NCBI GenBank assembly: GCA_043732185.1
Contig: JAYTHY010000046.1
Span: forward strand, 64,001-128,000
Source: Fibrobacteria bacterium
Lineage (GTDB): Bacteria; Fibrobacterota; Fibrobacteria; UBA11236
Length of the DNA: 64,000 nt
Direction: 5' to 3'
Positions within the stretch are counted from its first letter, which is position 1; the number at the start of each line of letters is the position of its first letter. The translations under genes and the position numbers were made by a program. The notes under the pieces are model-generated. The model worked only from the letters and a program-made list of their open reading frames with translations. It searched no databases and was not told the DNA's origin. Shown piece by piece: positions 19,910 through 30,587 of this stretch.

Positions 19910-21340
19910 TCATGGACCGCTACGCGCAGCCAACCATGTTCCAGCGGCCGGACATAATCCTAAAACCACCAGTGATGCTGCTATCGTTCCTAAGACAAGC
20001 TTCTGACGCCAAGATAGTGTAATAGCAGGCAGAACATCAGTCGGCTCGACAATATACGCTTCCTTAACGACCAACATGTAGTAGTAAAACGAAACCACAG
20101 CATTGACTACGGCTATCCCCACAAGAGCATAATATCCTTGCGCCGCAGCAGTGGAAAAGAGCAGAAACTTCCCCAGAAATCCTGCCAAAGGTGGAATGCC
20201 TGCCAGTGAGAACATGCACAGCAACAACAAAACGGCCAGCCCTGGACTGCGTCGACTTAAACCTCTAAGCGACGAAATAGTGTCCGGTCCGGTTTGCGCT
20301 ACTATGCTCATAATGAAATACAAACCGAAGCTGGTTAGACCGTAGGCCAATAAATTGTACTGCAATGCTGACCTGGCAGCCCCGGCATCACCGAGCAGTG
20401 ACAAAAGCATATAACCCACTTGGGCAATGGAAGAGTAGGCGACGAATCGGCGCAAATTGGTTTGGCGCATGGCGCCTAAATTGCCAACCACCATAGACAG
20501 CACGGCAGCGGCAGAAATAAACCGAACCAATCCGGGACGGAGCAGGTCCAGTGGACCTAAGAAAAGAACAGTAGTAGCGGCCACGGCGGCCATTTTAGAG
20601 CCCACGGATAGGAAAGCCATGACCGGCGTAGGGGCGCCTTGATACACATCCGGAGCCCACATATGCAGTGGTGCCATAGCTAGTTTAAATCCCAAGCCAC
20701 CGAGCAGAAAAATTGTGCCGCCCCAAAGCAAGGGCTGCCCGGGATTCATTTGAACCGCCGTAGCCACCGCATCAAATCCCAATCCGCCCGCAGCGCCAAA
20801 AAGAAAGGAAATGCCGAATAAGGAAAGCGCGGACGAGAAACCTCCCATCAGAACATACTTTGATCCCGCTTCCACAGAATCCGAGTCATTGGGTTGAAAT
20901 GCGGCAAGTGCATACAGGGGTAGAGTCGCCAGTTCCAGTCCCAAATAGAATGTCAATAAATCCCGGGCAGAAACCAGCGCGAACATACCCAGAGTGCATA
21001 AAATGAGCAGCCCAAAAAAAGCTCCGGGGCGAGTCAATGCGCCGCGAATAGTACCACCTGGTTGAAAGTACGGTTTTGAAAGCCAAGTTGTGGCAAGTGC
21101 TGCCAAGGTAAACAGAAATTTCCAAAGCAGGGTACCAGAAGAGGCACGGTAACCGCCAAAGGACCCTATTCGAGCAGACTCGGGTAGAAGCACAATTCCT
21201 ATTCCGATGACTAGCAATCCCATCCACGCAATGGTAAAAGCCTTCTTTCCTTCCGTCGGCCCTAAGTCGGAAATCAATACGAGCAGTGCCAAAGCGAACA
21301 AACCCAGATCTGGTAAAAATGGAAGTAGCGCGTTCATCAT
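19910..21340 (-). CDS. nuoN: NADH-quinone oxidoreductase subunit N
   Basis: FKLAMAPLHMWAPDVYQGAPTP, YSSIAQ, SLAGIPPLAGFLGK. Confidence 0.95.
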   Translation of the reverse strand: MMNALLPFLPDLGLFALALLVLISDLGPTEGKKAFTIAWMGLLVIGIGIVLLPESARIGSFGGYRASSGTLLWKFLFTLAALATTWLSKPYFQPGGTIRGALTRPGAFFGLLILCTLGMFALVSARDLLTFYLGLELATLPLYALAAFQPNDSDSVEAGSKYVLMGGFSSALSLFGISFLFGAAGGLGFDAVATAVQMNPGQPLLWGGTIFLLGGLGFKLAMAPLHMWAPDVYQGAPTPVMAFLSVGSKMAAVAATTVLFLGPLDLLRPGLVRFISAAAVLSMVVGNLGAMRQTNLRRFVAYSSIAQVGYMLLSLLGDAGAARSALQYNLLAYGLTSFGLYFIMSIVAQTGPDTISSLRGLSRRSPGLAVLLLLCMFSLAGIPPLAGFLGKFLLFSTAAAQGYYALVGIAVVNAVVSFYYYMLVVKEAYIVEPTDVLPAITLSWRQKLVLGTIAASLVVLGLCPAAGTWLAARSGP

Positions 21341-21344
21341 AGGC

Positions 21345-22886
21345 CTAGCGATTCAAATTGTTAAGGATGGGTAGAATGGCCTGATCCAAAAGTGTGGCCA
21401 ACTTGCCAGGAAAGAGTCCCATGCCCAGGATACAAGCAAGCAGCAATACCAACGGCACTTTTTCCATAAACGTGGCATCGCCGATTTCTGAATTGCCTGT
21501 ACCGTTTTCAGTCCCACTGACTCGGCTAGGACCATGCAAAATGGAGTTAGTCGCTCTGAGGATATAGATGGCTGTCACCACAATAGACATCACTGCAAAA
21601 GCCGTACACAGAATAGCTAAGGGTTTGCCAGTAGTAAAACCTCCTAGAAAAACATTCAATTCGGCCGCGAAGCCTGCCAGTCCAGGCAGACCCAATGCAG
21701 CAAAACCGGCAAGGATAAAACAGGTAGCCAAGAATGGCATTGAGGCCATCAGCCCAGACATTTCAGAAATTTTACGCGTATGCGTTCTGGCATAAATCAT
21801 TCCGATCAGACAAAAAACGGCTGCGGTGATGAATCCGTGCGCCAACATTTGCAGCACTGCGCCGCGCAAACCGGTGCTATTTAGAAAAGCCAGACCCAGG
21901 AACACCAGCCCGCAATGGGAAACGGAGGAATAGGCGTTCATATATTTAAGGTCCTTCTGCTTAACGGCCACAATGCCGCCCCAAATTACGCCAGCCGCTG
22001 CCAAAATCAGGAAGGCATTCATCCAAATGCGGCAACCTTCCGGCAGCAAATACATGGCTATGCGAAGGCAACCGTAACTTCCAAGTTTCATATGCACACC
22101 AGCCAAAAACATGGAAACGGCCGTGGGCGCGGAAGCATGTCCGTCCGGGGACCAAATATGGAAAGGAAACATATTCCCCAGAATACCGAAGCCTAAAAAA
22201 ATGACAGGAAAGGCCCAAAGCTGGAAGCCTTCACTAAACCGGATTCGGGACAATTCCAGAATGTCGAAAGTATGGATTCCGGATTCAAAGTAAAGGCCTA
22301 GAATCCCAAGCAGAATGAGCGCCGAACCACCCATCAGCATCAGATTCAGTTTCATGGCAGCATACTCTTTGCGACCACTGCCGAACATGCCAATTAGCAA
22401 ATAAGTGGGAATCAAGGTCAGTTCGTTAAAGACGAAGAAGGCGAATAGATCAAAAGTGATGAAGCTGCCAAAGACACCAGCCGCCAATATTTGCAGGAGA
22501 ATAAAGAATTCCTTTGTGCGCTTATCAATAGTCCAACTGGCCATAGTACCACAAAAAACCACGACCCCGGCCATGACCATCATGGCCATGGAAATAGCGT
22601 CCACGCCGGCATGATAGCGAATGTTCAAGGCCGGGAACCAGGAGATATCGGTGACAAAGGCCAGTACCGATTCAGTACCGCCAGCGGGAACTTGCGGTGG
22701 GTTCAAGAAGAAAACGGTTGCCAGCAGGGATATAAGAGCCAAGTTTATCCCGTTGACGGCCAAGCTGAACCAGCGTACAGCGGAAACCTTCGTCTCTGGT
22801 AATGCCATAAGCATTCCTGCCGAAAGCAGCGGCATGAGCCAGGTCAATGTGAGGAGAAGGGGTGCATGGGGAAGTGCGGTTTGCAT
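21345..22886 (-). CDS. nuoM: NADH-quinone oxidoreductase subunit M
   Basis: FPFHIWSPDGHASAPT, MKLGSY, AYSSVSH, GLPGLAGF. Confidence 0.95.
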   Translation of the reverse strand: MQTALPHAPLLLTLTWLMPLLSAGMLMALPETKVSAVRWFSLAVNGINLALISLLATVFFLNPPQVPAGGTESVLAFVTDISWFPALNIRYHAGVDAISMAMMVMAGVVVFCGTMASWTIDKRTKEFFILLQILAAGVFGSFITFDLFAFFVFNELTLIPTYLLIGMFGSGRKEYAAMKLNLMLMGGSALILLGILGLYFESGIHTFDILELSRIRFSEGFQLWAFPVIFLGFGILGNMFPFHIWSPDGHASAPTAVSMFLAGVHMKLGSYGCLRIAMYLLPEGCRIWMNAFLILAAAGVIWGGIVAVKQKDLKYMNAYSSVSHCGLVFLGLAFLNSTGLRGAVLQMLAHGFITAAVFCLIGMIYARTHTRKISEMSGLMASMPFLATCFILAGFAALGLPGLAGFAAELNVFLGGFTTGKPLAILCTAFAVMSIVVTAIYILRATNSILHGPSRVSGTENGTGNSEIGDATFMEKVPLVLLLACILGMGLFPGKLATLLDQAILPILNNLNR

Positions 22887-24850
22887 CAGAAGTTCGCACC
22901 TCCATACCAGGCCAAAAACAAAAGGCCAAGCAAAGCCGTTACCATATAAAATTGCACCTGGCCGCTTTGAAATAACCCTTGGATAAAGGCTGCCTGGCGG
23001 ACGAAAAAGGTTAGGAGATCAAAACTGCCATTGACGATGGTCCTTTCCATCCAAGTGATCGGCGCTGCAATCAAGCGTGCGCCCACTCGCTTGATCAGAA
23101 ACAGGTACAATTCGTCGATATAAAATTTGTGATAAACAACCGTGTACCAAAAGGATTCAGTTCGGTTCGCATAACCAGCCTTCTGCTTCTTGAACGCATA
23201 GTAATACCAGCTCATGCCCACACCGAGTAAAGCCAGCAGAGATGCGACAACAGGCAACCACTCTAGACTACCCTGTGAAGCTTCAGAAGTTTCCGCCATC
23301 CCGGAGGAAAATGGCAAAACCGTTTTTAAGAAAAAATCTTTGGAAAGCCAACCGATAATCGCACTGGGCACGGCCAAAACTAGAATTGGCAATGTCATTA
23401 ACCAGCCTTCTCGGCCTGGGACAACATGACCACTCGTTTGACCGGACTTGGCCGTTCCATGAAAGATGAGGAAAAAATACCTGGACATATAAAACGCGGT
23501 CAAGCCACTGGTGAGTAGGCCTGCCACAAAAGCGCCATAATGTCCGTGGTCAAAAGCCGCATGCAAAATTGCTTCTTTCGAAAAAAATCCTGAAAATGGA
23601 AAAATTCCTATGATCGCTACGCAGGCTATGAGTGTTGCCCAATAGGTGCGTGGCAGAAAGCGACGTAAAACTCCAGTATCGCGAATATCATTGCTGTGTA
23701 TGGAATGAATGATAATTCCGGCTGATAGGAATAAAAGACATTTGAAAAAGGCATGGGTAAAGACATGGAACATGGACCCTGTAAATGCTGCCTGGGATTG
23801 GGTTCCCAGCGAAAGCATCATCAAGCCCAATTGAGACAATGTGGAAAAAGCGAGTATTCTTTTAAGATCGGTTTGCGTGCAGGCAATCACGGCTGCGAAT
23901 ACAGCGGTAAAAGCACCCGTGCCCTCAACCACTCTTAGCGTATATTCAGCCGCCGAGAAAAGTGGATAAAGTCGAGCCGTTAAATAAATTCCCGCTACTA
24001 CCATGGTGGCCGAATGGATCAAGGAGGAAACGGGGGTGGGCCCTTCCATGGCATCGGGAAGCCAAACGTGAAACGGGAACATGGCGGACTTGCCCCAAGC
24101 ACCCATATAAATGAACAACGTTCCCAAAGTCAAAAGATTGCATCCGAGGAATCCCATGCCAATGGTATGGTTTAAGGCCAAAGCAGCATCAGGGCCATTT
24201 ACCTTGATAAAATCAAAACTACCTACGGTCGAACCCACGGCAATCATGCCCATTAAAAAGAAGGCATCGGCGAAGCGCGTCAGTATAAACGCCTTTTTGC
24301 TGGCGGCTACGGCCGAAGGCTTGGTGTACCAGAAGCCAATGAGCAAATACGAAGCCGTGCCCACTAATTCCCAGCAGAAAAAGGTTTGCACCAAATTACT
24401 GGAGACGACAAGCCCCAACATGGTAAAGGTAAAGAAAGAAAGAAGCGGAAAGAATCGTCCCTGTCCTTTATCCTCATGCATATACCCTATCGAGTAGAAA
24501 TGGACGAGGAAGGAAATACAGGAAATAACCAGCACCATCATCACCGAAATAGGATCCAAGTAAAAGCCCAACTTGGCGGCTGGAAAAGCGCCAGCACCCG
24601 TATTGAATACCATCCAAACATGTTCCCAGGCCAAAGCTGTTCGTTTTGGGAATACATCCGGATGGCCCAAAACCTCCGACCAATAACCGAGGCCCAAAAG
24701 CAATGCCAGGACGAGTGTCCCACCCATGAGCAATGTGGCGGTCCATGCCGAAGCGACACCACTTTTCCTGCCCAGCCATAATCCATTGATTAAAAAGGAA
24801 AGGAGTGGCAACGCCAGAATACCATATGCCAACAAGCCAAGCTTATCCAT
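22886..24850 (-). CDS. nuoL: NADH-quinone oxidoreductase subunit L
   Basis: GKSAMFPFHVWLPDAMEGPTPVSSLIHSATMV, HAFFK, QSGQVQ. Confidence 0.96.
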   Translation of the reverse strand: MDKLGLLAYGILALPLLSFLINGLWLGRKSGVASAWTATLLMGGTLVLALLLGLGYWSEVLGHPDVFPKRTALAWEHVWMVFNTGAGAFPAAKLGFYLDPISVMMVLVISCISFLVHFYSIGYMHEDKGQGRFFPLLSFFTFTMLGLVVSSNLVQTFFCWELVGTASYLLIGFWYTKPSAVAASKKAFILTRFADAFFLMGMIAVGSTVGSFDFIKVNGPDAALALNHTIGMGFLGCNLLTLGTLFIYMGAWGKSAMFPFHVWLPDAMEGPTPVSSLIHSATMVVAGIYLTARLYPLFSAAEYTLRVVEGTGAFTAVFAAVIACTQTDLKRILAFSTLSQLGLMMLSLGTQSQAAFTGSMFHVFTHAFFKCLLFLSAGIIIHSIHSNDIRDTGVLRRFLPRTYWATLIACVAIIGIFPFSGFFSKEAILHAAFDHGHYGAFVAGLLTSGLTAFYMSRYFFLIFHGTAKSGQTSGHVVPGREGWLMTLPILVLAVPSAIIGWLSKDFFLKTVLPFSSGMAETSEASQGSLEWLPVVASLLALLGVGMSWYYYAFKKQKAGYANRTESFWYTVVYHKFYIDELYLFLIKRVGARLIAAPITWMERTIVNGSFDLLTFFVRQAAFIQGLFQSGQVQFYMVTALLGLLFLAWYGGANF

Positions 24851-25163
24851 GCATACTATCCAGTTGACGCAAGTCTAGATGACGTCTATTTCGGTGCACA
24901 ACAATAACCATGGCCAAGGCCAGAGCCATTTCCGCTGCCGTGACGGCCACAGCGAAGAGCACAAAAATGCTGCCGGCCTCCGCATCGCGCATTACCCCTT
25001 CCGATCCGCCGAATCTTGCAAAGGCGATAAAATTTATGAGAGCAGAATTGACCATTAGCTCCAAAGACATCAAAGCTGCCAGCATATTTCGGCGCGTTAA
25101 CAATCCATAGGTTCCAATAGCGAAAAGGCTAGCGGATAAAAGCAAACAGGTGGTTAAATTCAT
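24843..25163 (-). CDS. nuoK: NADH-quinone oxidoreductase subunit K
   Basis: RRN, SLELM, AAEMALALA. Confidence 0.94.
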   Translation of the reverse strand: MNLTTCLLLSASLFAIGTYGLLTRRNMLAALMSLELMVNSALINFIAFARFGGSEGVMRDAEAGSIFVLFAVAVTAAEMALALAMVIVVHRNRRHLDLRQLDSMHG

Positions 25164-25723
25164 AAGGGTTTCCCCTCTTCATTAGGCACGGTTCCGCTGG
25201 TAGTATTACTTCGTCTCGCTAGAGCAATGGCTCCCACCATAGAGGCTAACAGCAAAACGGAAATCAGTTCAAACGGAATCAAAAATCCATCTGGCCCAGA
25301 ATCCAGCATGCGAAGGCCCAGGGATCGCAAAGCGGCAATATCACCAAAGGAGGAAATATCGCCAGCTGTCAAGGTGTTCTCATCCACATGCGTCGTGCGC
25401 GCCAAGCCAAGTAAGAAAATCATGACTGTAACGGAAACAATCAATCCAGAAACAACCTTCAAAACGGAAGGATGCGCCATTTTTCCACCTAGCTCCGAAG
25501 TCAACAGCACGGCGTACAGCACGAAAATCATTATTCCACCGATATAGACCATGACCTGTACCAACGCCACCATTTCTGCGCGCAGTAAAAGGAAAAGAAT
25601 CGCCGTACAAAGCAGCACGCCCAAAAGCCCCATGGCGGAACGAAACAAATTTCGCGCAAGTACGGTTACACCTGCTAAACCAAGCAGCGCCGCGCAAAGA
25701 GCATAAAAGAATAGATCACGCAC
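25160..25723 (-). CDS. nuoJ: NADH-quinone oxidoreductase subunit J
   Basis: QVMVYIGGI, PFELISVLLL; GTG start. Confidence 0.94.
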   Translation of the reverse strand: MRDLFFYALCAALLGLAGVTVLARNLFRSAMGLLGVLLCTAILFLLLRAEMVALVQVMVYIGGIMIFVLYAVLLTSELGGKMAHPSVLKVVSGLIVSVTVMIFLLGLARTTHVDENTLTAGDISSFGDIAALRSLGLRMLDSGPDGFLIPFELISVLLLASMVGAIALARRSNTTSGTVPNEEGKPL

Positions 25724-25725
25724 TT

Positions 25726-26160
25726 TCAGCGCCCCTCGGTTTTATTGAGGATATAATCCAATTCATCTCGTTTATAGGCAGCCATTTCAAAACCATGGCC
25801 CATTCGAATGGCATCGAAGGGACATGCCTCGATACATAGATTGCAAAGGGTACAGGTCGAGAAACGGTAGACGAATGCGCCCAAGACGCGTTTGGAAGCC
25901 AGGTTCTTGGTAGTCAAAATGGAGATCGTTCCATTGGGGCAGGCCTTTTCACATAGCGTACACGCTGTGCAATTGTGTTCCCCTTCCGCATCATGGGGCA
26001 TGACGACTTGGCCACGGAAGCGTTCAGCGAATTTGAGCGTATCGCGATTCTCGGGATATTCTTTCGTCACCACTCGGCTAGGCCGGGAAATATAGCGGAA
26101 GGTAACACCCATGCCTTTGAACAGGTTCAGCGTATCCTTAAGTACCGTGCTTAATTTCAT
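25726..26160 (-). CDS. nuoI: NADH-quinone oxidoreductase subunit I (2x[4Fe-4S])
   Basis: YPE..RFRG, CTACTLCEKACP, CTLCNLCIEACP. Confidence 0.94.
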   Translation of the reverse strand: MKLSTVLKDTLNLFKGMGVTFRYISRPSRVVTKEYPENRDTLKFAERFRGQVVMPHDAEGEHNCTACTLCEKACPNGTISILTTKNLASKRVLGAFVYRFSTCTLCNLCIEACPFDAIRMGHGFEMAAYKRDELDYILNKTEGR

Positions 26161-26173
26161 CTTGGCCCCGAAA

Positions 26174-27256
26174 TCATGGCAGTATCAATTTGAATGTGAT
26201 CAAGGTGGCGGCCACCAGTAAGTTGGCCATGGAAACCGGAAGTAAAAATTTCCATTCGAGAGAAAGCAAATGATCGATGCGAAGGCGAGGAAATGTCCAC
26301 CGGAACCACATATAGAGCAAAATAATGGTATAGGTCTTGGCGAAAAACCATAGCACACCGGGAATAAAGGCCAGGACATTATCAATGGGCCCAATGCCAA
26401 ATTGCGGTGCCAGGAATCCACCAAGGAAAAAAGTAGCACAGAGGCCAGCGGACGCAAACATGTTCACAAACTCCGCCAGAAAGAACATGGAAAATGTAAT
26501 GCCGGAATATTCGGTATGAAAACCACCCGTCAACTCGGATTCCGCCTCGGAAAGATCCAAAGGTCCACGGTTCAGTTCGGCAGTAGAGGATATCATATAG
26601 ATGACAAACGCCAAGAGACCGGCGCCCGGCAGCTTGAAAATCCACCAATCCAAAACCGTGCCTTGCTGGGATAAAACAATTCCCCGTAAGGAACCGGTTC
26701 CACTGGCCATGACCACCAGTAACATGCAAAGTACCATGGACAATTCATAAGAAAACAACTGCGCCCCGGCCCGCATGGCGCCAAGCAGGGAATATTTATT
26801 GTTGGAACCCCAACCGCCGATAAGAATGCCAAGAATGCCCAATCCGGAAACGGCGGCAATATACACCATTCCTGCATCCGGATCCGTAACCTGCAAATCA
26901 TGTCCGAAAGGAATAACAACCAGTACCAGAAAGGATCCGGTGATGGGAAGCAACGGCGCAATAAAATAAGCCAGCACATCCACGGCCTTGGGCCGGATGC
27001 TTTCCTTCATTAAAAGTTTGATGGAGTCGGCGATGGGTTGCAATAGTCCAAATGGGCCAACGCGCGTGGGGCCAAGCCTCCCCTGGAACCGGGCGCATAC
27101 TTTTCGCTCCAGCCAAACCAGGAAAATGGCAGTGACGACAACTAGGCCACACACGGCGACAACAGCAAGAAGTCCGTTGGCTAAGGCGGCCAACGTAGGA
27201 GGCAGAACACTTCGAACCCAATCGCCAATAGGATGATTGACTGTGTATACCATCAT
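26174..27256 (-). CDS. nuoH: NADH-quinone oxidoreductase subunit H
   Basis: ERK..RLGP..GLLQPIAD..KL..KE, DLSEAESELTGGFHTEYSG, PRLRID. Confidence 0.96.
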   Translation of the reverse strand: MMVYTVNHPIGDWVRSVLPPTLAALANGLLAVVAVCGLVVVTAIFLVWLERKVCARFQGRLGPTRVGPFGLLQPIADSIKLLMKESIRPKAVDVLAYFIAPLLPITGSFLVLVVIPFGHDLQVTDPDAGMVYIAAVSGLGILGILIGGWGSNNKYSLLGAMRAGAQLFSYELSMVLCMLLVVMASGTGSLRGIVLSQQGTVLDWWIFKLPGAGLLAFVIYMISSTAELNRGPLDLSEAESELTGGFHTEYSGITFSMFFLAEFVNMFASAGLCATFFLGGFLAPQFGIGPIDNVLAFIPGVLWFFAKTYTIILLYMWFRWTFPRLRIDHLLSLEWKFLLPVSMANLLVAATLITFKLILP

Positions 27257-28410
27257 CGGTCGATATCCGGGATGATGAGATCCAGCGTAGACAGCACCGC
27301 AACCAGATCCGCAATTTTTCCGCCGCGCGACATTTCATTGATGGCTGAAAGATTGGACATGCCAGGTGAACGATTCTTGATACGATAGGGCTTGAAGGAA
27401 TTTTCCGAAACCATGTAGGTGCAAAACATGCCTCGCGCCGTTTCCACACTGGAAAAATAACTGCCGGCCGGAACCTTATAAGCGGGCTTTTCCTTGGAAC
27501 GGTATGGCCCTTCCGGTATGCCTTTGGTCGCCTGTTCCAAGATGCGCACCGATTGACGCATTTCCTCCATGCGCACCGCATAGCGATCGAAACAATCTCC
27601 GTTCTTTCCTAAAGGCACGTCGAATTCGAATCGATCGTAAATGGAATAGGTGTCATTTTTGCGTACATCGAAATTGATCCCAGACGCACGGCCAACTGGC
27701 CCCGAACACCCATAACTGATGGCGCGTTCCCGAGACATTACCCCTACCCCAACTGTGCGCTCACGAATAATGGGGTTTTTGGACACGAGGACATCAAACT
27801 CGTCCAGGGCAAATTTAAGCTCTTCCAGTAGCGATTGAACCTTGACGATAAAACCCTCTGGAAGGTCCGCATTGGAACCGCCCGGCCGGAAATAATTCAT
27901 GGTCAGGCGCGCTCCACACAATTCTTCAAACAGATTGGTGATCTTTTCCCGCTGGATGAAGCCATATAGAAAAGCGCTGACCGCGCCCATATCCATACCA
28001 AAGGCCGCCCACCATAAGAGATGCGACTGGATCCTTTGCAGCTCACACACGATGACGCGGATATACTCCCCTCGTTCCGGCACGCCGATGCCCATGGCCT
28101 TTTCAATACCCAGACAAACGCACAAATTGTTGATATGACTGCTCAAATAATCCATGCGGTCGGTCAAATGCATGTATTGGACAAAGGTCTCGTTCTCTCC
28201 CATTTTTTCTATGGCGCGATGGATGAAGCCAAGATGCGAAACCACTTCCTTGACCGTTTCACCTTCCAGCCTCACCACCATTTTCAATACCCCGTGAGTA
28301 CTGGGATGCTGCGGACCCATATTGAGAAAATATTCTTGCGTCCCGTCGGCACGCGTTTCCCGCAAAGCGAATCCGGGAGGCAAGGCATACTTTGTATCCA
28401 AATCGGCCAT
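27253..28410 (-). CDS. nuoD: NADH-quinone oxidoreductase subunit D (stand-alone)
   Basis: NMGPQHPSTHGVL, HRAIEK, RMDY, terminal DIDR; no NiFe CxxC motifs. Confidence 0.95.
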   Translation of the reverse strand: MADLDTKYALPPGFALRETRADGTQEYFLNMGPQHPSTHGVLKMVVRLEGETVKEVVSHLGFIHRAIEKMGENETFVQYMHLTDRMDYLSSHINNLCVCLGIEKAMGIGVPERGEYIRVIVCELQRIQSHLLWWAAFGMDMGAVSAFLYGFIQREKITNLFEELCGARLTMNYFRPGGSNADLPEGFIVKVQSLLEELKFALDEFDVLVSKNPIIRERTVGVGVMSRERAISYGCSGPVGRASGINFDVRKNDTYSIYDRFEFDVPLGKNGDCFDRYAVRMEEMRQSVRILEQATKGIPEGPYRSKEKPAYKVPAGSYFSSVETARGMFCTYMVSENSFKPYRIKNRSPGMSNLSAINEMSRGGKIADLVAVLSTLDLIIPDIDR

Positions 28411-28411
28411 T

Positions 28412-29632
28412 TTAATACGGACGCTTCACAACCCGGGTCGGGTCGGAGAAGTCCTTACGCAAGGGGTGTCCGGGAAAATCGTCGTCCAAGAACAGTCGCC
28501 GCAAATCCGGGTGCCCGGTAAAATGGATACCGAAGAAATCATACGTTTCGCGCTCATGCCAATTTGCAGTAGCATAGAGACTGGAAAGACTTGGAATTTC
28601 CGGATGATCCTCATGCGGAAGTGCGCATCGGATGAAAACCTTGTGTCCTTTATCCACGGACATGAAATGCGCCACCACCTCGAACCGGTCTTTCCAATCT
28701 ACGGCCGTAAGCTGAATGAGAAAATCGAGTTTAATCCGATCCTCTTCTTTAAGAAAACGCACAAGGGACAGGTAGTCATCCCGAGATACGGCCACGTCCA
28801 GAATATAATCTGTACCTAGTGCGGTTATTTTTTCATCCGTCACTTCCGGCACGCCTTGCACTGTTAAACCTGGAAACCGTTCCATCAGAATTTTCAGCAA
28901 CTCTACTTGAGGCAAACCGCGGCTGGGCTTGGGGACACGCGCCACCTCTTCAAACTTTGGAGCGACAATGCGTTTGATGACCACGCCTTTATAGTCCGGA
29001 TTTTCAAGCTTGAACTTTTCTTGGGCCTCTTTCATCCCGGCTTGCTTCAGCTTTTCCTTCTCTTCCCAATCAGTGGTACAATCTGTAAGCATATCCTTGA
29101 ACGGCTCGCGATTGATGGGCCGATGTTCAAAAGATTTGCGCCATGCGCCTTTTCGAATCAACTCTTGCAACTTCATGATTCCGAATAACAGGGCTTCCGG
29201 CCGCGGTGGACATCCGGGTATATACACGTCAACGGGAATAAGTCTATCCGCGCCCTTAATCACAGAATAACTATCGTAATAGAATGGCCCACCGGAAATC
29301 GTGCAGGCACCCATCGCGATCACATATTTAGGTCCAGGCATTTGCTCATACAGTGTGATAAGACGGGAGCCCATTTTCTCTACAATGGTGCCGGCCAAAA
29401 CAATAAGGTCGGCTTGACGCGGTGTAGCCCGGGCTACCTCTAAGCCGAAACGGGCCCAGTCGTTGTCGGAAGCGCCAGTGGCCATCATTTCAATGGCGCA
29501 GCATGAAGTTCCAAATACCAGTGGCCAGAGAGAATTGGCCCTGGCCCAACCTACCACCCAGTCCACGGCATTAATAGCCCCATTTTGGGGCGGAAAAGGA
29601 AGGGGAACCATGTCCCTGGCAGTCATTCCCAT
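28412..29632 (-). CDS. nuoBC: Fused NADH-quinone oxidoreductase subunits B and C
   Basis: N-half [27 protein letters not shown]-half [29 protein letters not shown]. Confidence 0.92.
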   Translation of the reverse strand: MGMTARDMVPLPFPPQNGAINAVDWVVGWARANSLWPLVFGTSCCAIEMMATGASDNDWARFGLEVARATPRQADLIVLAGTIVEKMGSRLITLYEQMPGPKYVIAMGACTISGGPFYYDSYSVIKGADRLIPVDVYIPGCPPRPEALLFGIMKLQELIRKGAWRKSFEHRPINREPFKDMLTDCTTDWEEKEKLKQAGMKEAQEKFKLENPDYKGVVIKRIVAPKFEEVARVPKPSRGLPQVELLKILMERFPGLTVQGVPEVTDEKITALGTDYILDVAVSRDDYLSLVRFLKEEDRIKLDFLIQLTAVDWKDRFEVVAHFMSVDKGHKVFIRCALPHEDHPEIPSLSSLYATANWHERETYDFFGIHFTGHPDLRRLFLDDDFPGHPLRKDFSDPTRVVKRPY

Positions 29633-30006
29633 TCTAGCACCTTTTTACGCCAAGCGTAGATTAGAGCAAATCCCAACACCGCCAAAAAAACCAGCAATTC
29701 TACCCAGATGAAAATCGCAGAAACCATTCCGGCATGCCCCTCGCCTGCGGATCGCAACACGGCAAGCGCCGGAAAAAGAAAAATGGCTTCTACATCGAAT
29801 ACCAGAAAGACCAAGGCGAACAGATAGTATCCGATATGGAATTGAATACGTGCTGAACCGATACTGGATTCACCCGATTCATAAGCATCGCGCTTTTTGC
29901 CGACATCCATAAAGCGGGGAGCGATGAGGCGCGAAAAGACCATGGCGCCTCCGGCAAAGAGCACCCCCACTAGGGCAAAGACGCCAATGATTATGTATCC
30001 GGACAT
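29623..30006 (-). CDS. nuoA: NADH-quinone oxidoreductase subunit A
   Basis: [22 protein letters not shown]. Confidence 0.95.
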   Translation of the reverse strand: MSGYIIIGVFALVGVLFAGGAMVFSRLIAPRFMDVGKKRDAYESGESSIGSARIQFHIGYYLFALVFLVFDVEAIFLFPALAVLRSAGEGHAGMVSAIFIWVELLVFLAVLGFALIYAWRKKVLEWE

Positions 30007-30501
30007 TTTATGCAGCCCCTGACAAAACCATTATCCTATTTCGTGAGAATTAATCCAGTTCGAATTTTGTTTTTCAAGGAATCGATTCCTCTCATCCACA
30101 CCATAAAAGATATAAAGGTTGCATGAAAGGAAAGCTAAAGCCCAAAGCGTAATCTTGTCAAAATGACGAAACCATTTTTATCCGCAAAACCAAACTGATC
30201 TCCGTTTTATTACCACCACGTTCACTGGTTTTCCCCAGTGCTCTCAACTGTGATAGAACAGCTCTAGCCGCGATTTTCGCCTTCAAAACGATGTCCTTTC
30301 TGTGGGTCAAAGGGAAAATAGTTTTGAGGTTTTTCGGAACCTTATATAGCCATGCCGGGCAGGGAAAGTTCCATCCTTTTGGCTGCTATCGTTAATTCCA
30401 GCCAATCCTAAAAGCTTAATCATTGATTTTCCTGTACTTAGCGCATCAGCCAGATGATAATCAAATTCAGTCATTTAAAAATTAGGGATCCAATTTCAAT
30501 A

Positions 30502-30510
30502 TGATATAAT
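30502..30510 (+). promoter_or_regulatory. Extended -10 promoter element TGnTATAAT
   Basis: Perfect TGATATAAT in the intergenic region upstream of fibro-slime gene 1. Confidence 0.5.
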
Positions 30511-30587
30511 CACTGAGTAAGGCTGACCGTCGACTTAAAAGCAGTTCTTCCGGACAGTCCAGTACGATTCAGGAACAGGAGTGGTAG

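Noticed and set aside
26898..27581. 227-aa alternative-frame ORF across nuoD/nuoH
   Set aside because: Overlaps two conserved genes; composition is not protein-like
27253..29632. Possible group 4 NiFe hydrogenase
   Set aside because: Large subunit lacks both CxxC motifs; NuoB has the tandem CC of complex I
9941..30006. Functional link between the MoxR-VWA operon and the adjacent nuo operon, by analogy to RavA-ViaA
   Set aside because: Operons are convergent and this MoxR is the Bat-associated type; adjacency alone is not evidence
30038..30060. Possible Rex operator upstream of nuoA (TCGTGAGAATTAATCCAG)
   Set aside because: Second half-site does not match TTCACAA
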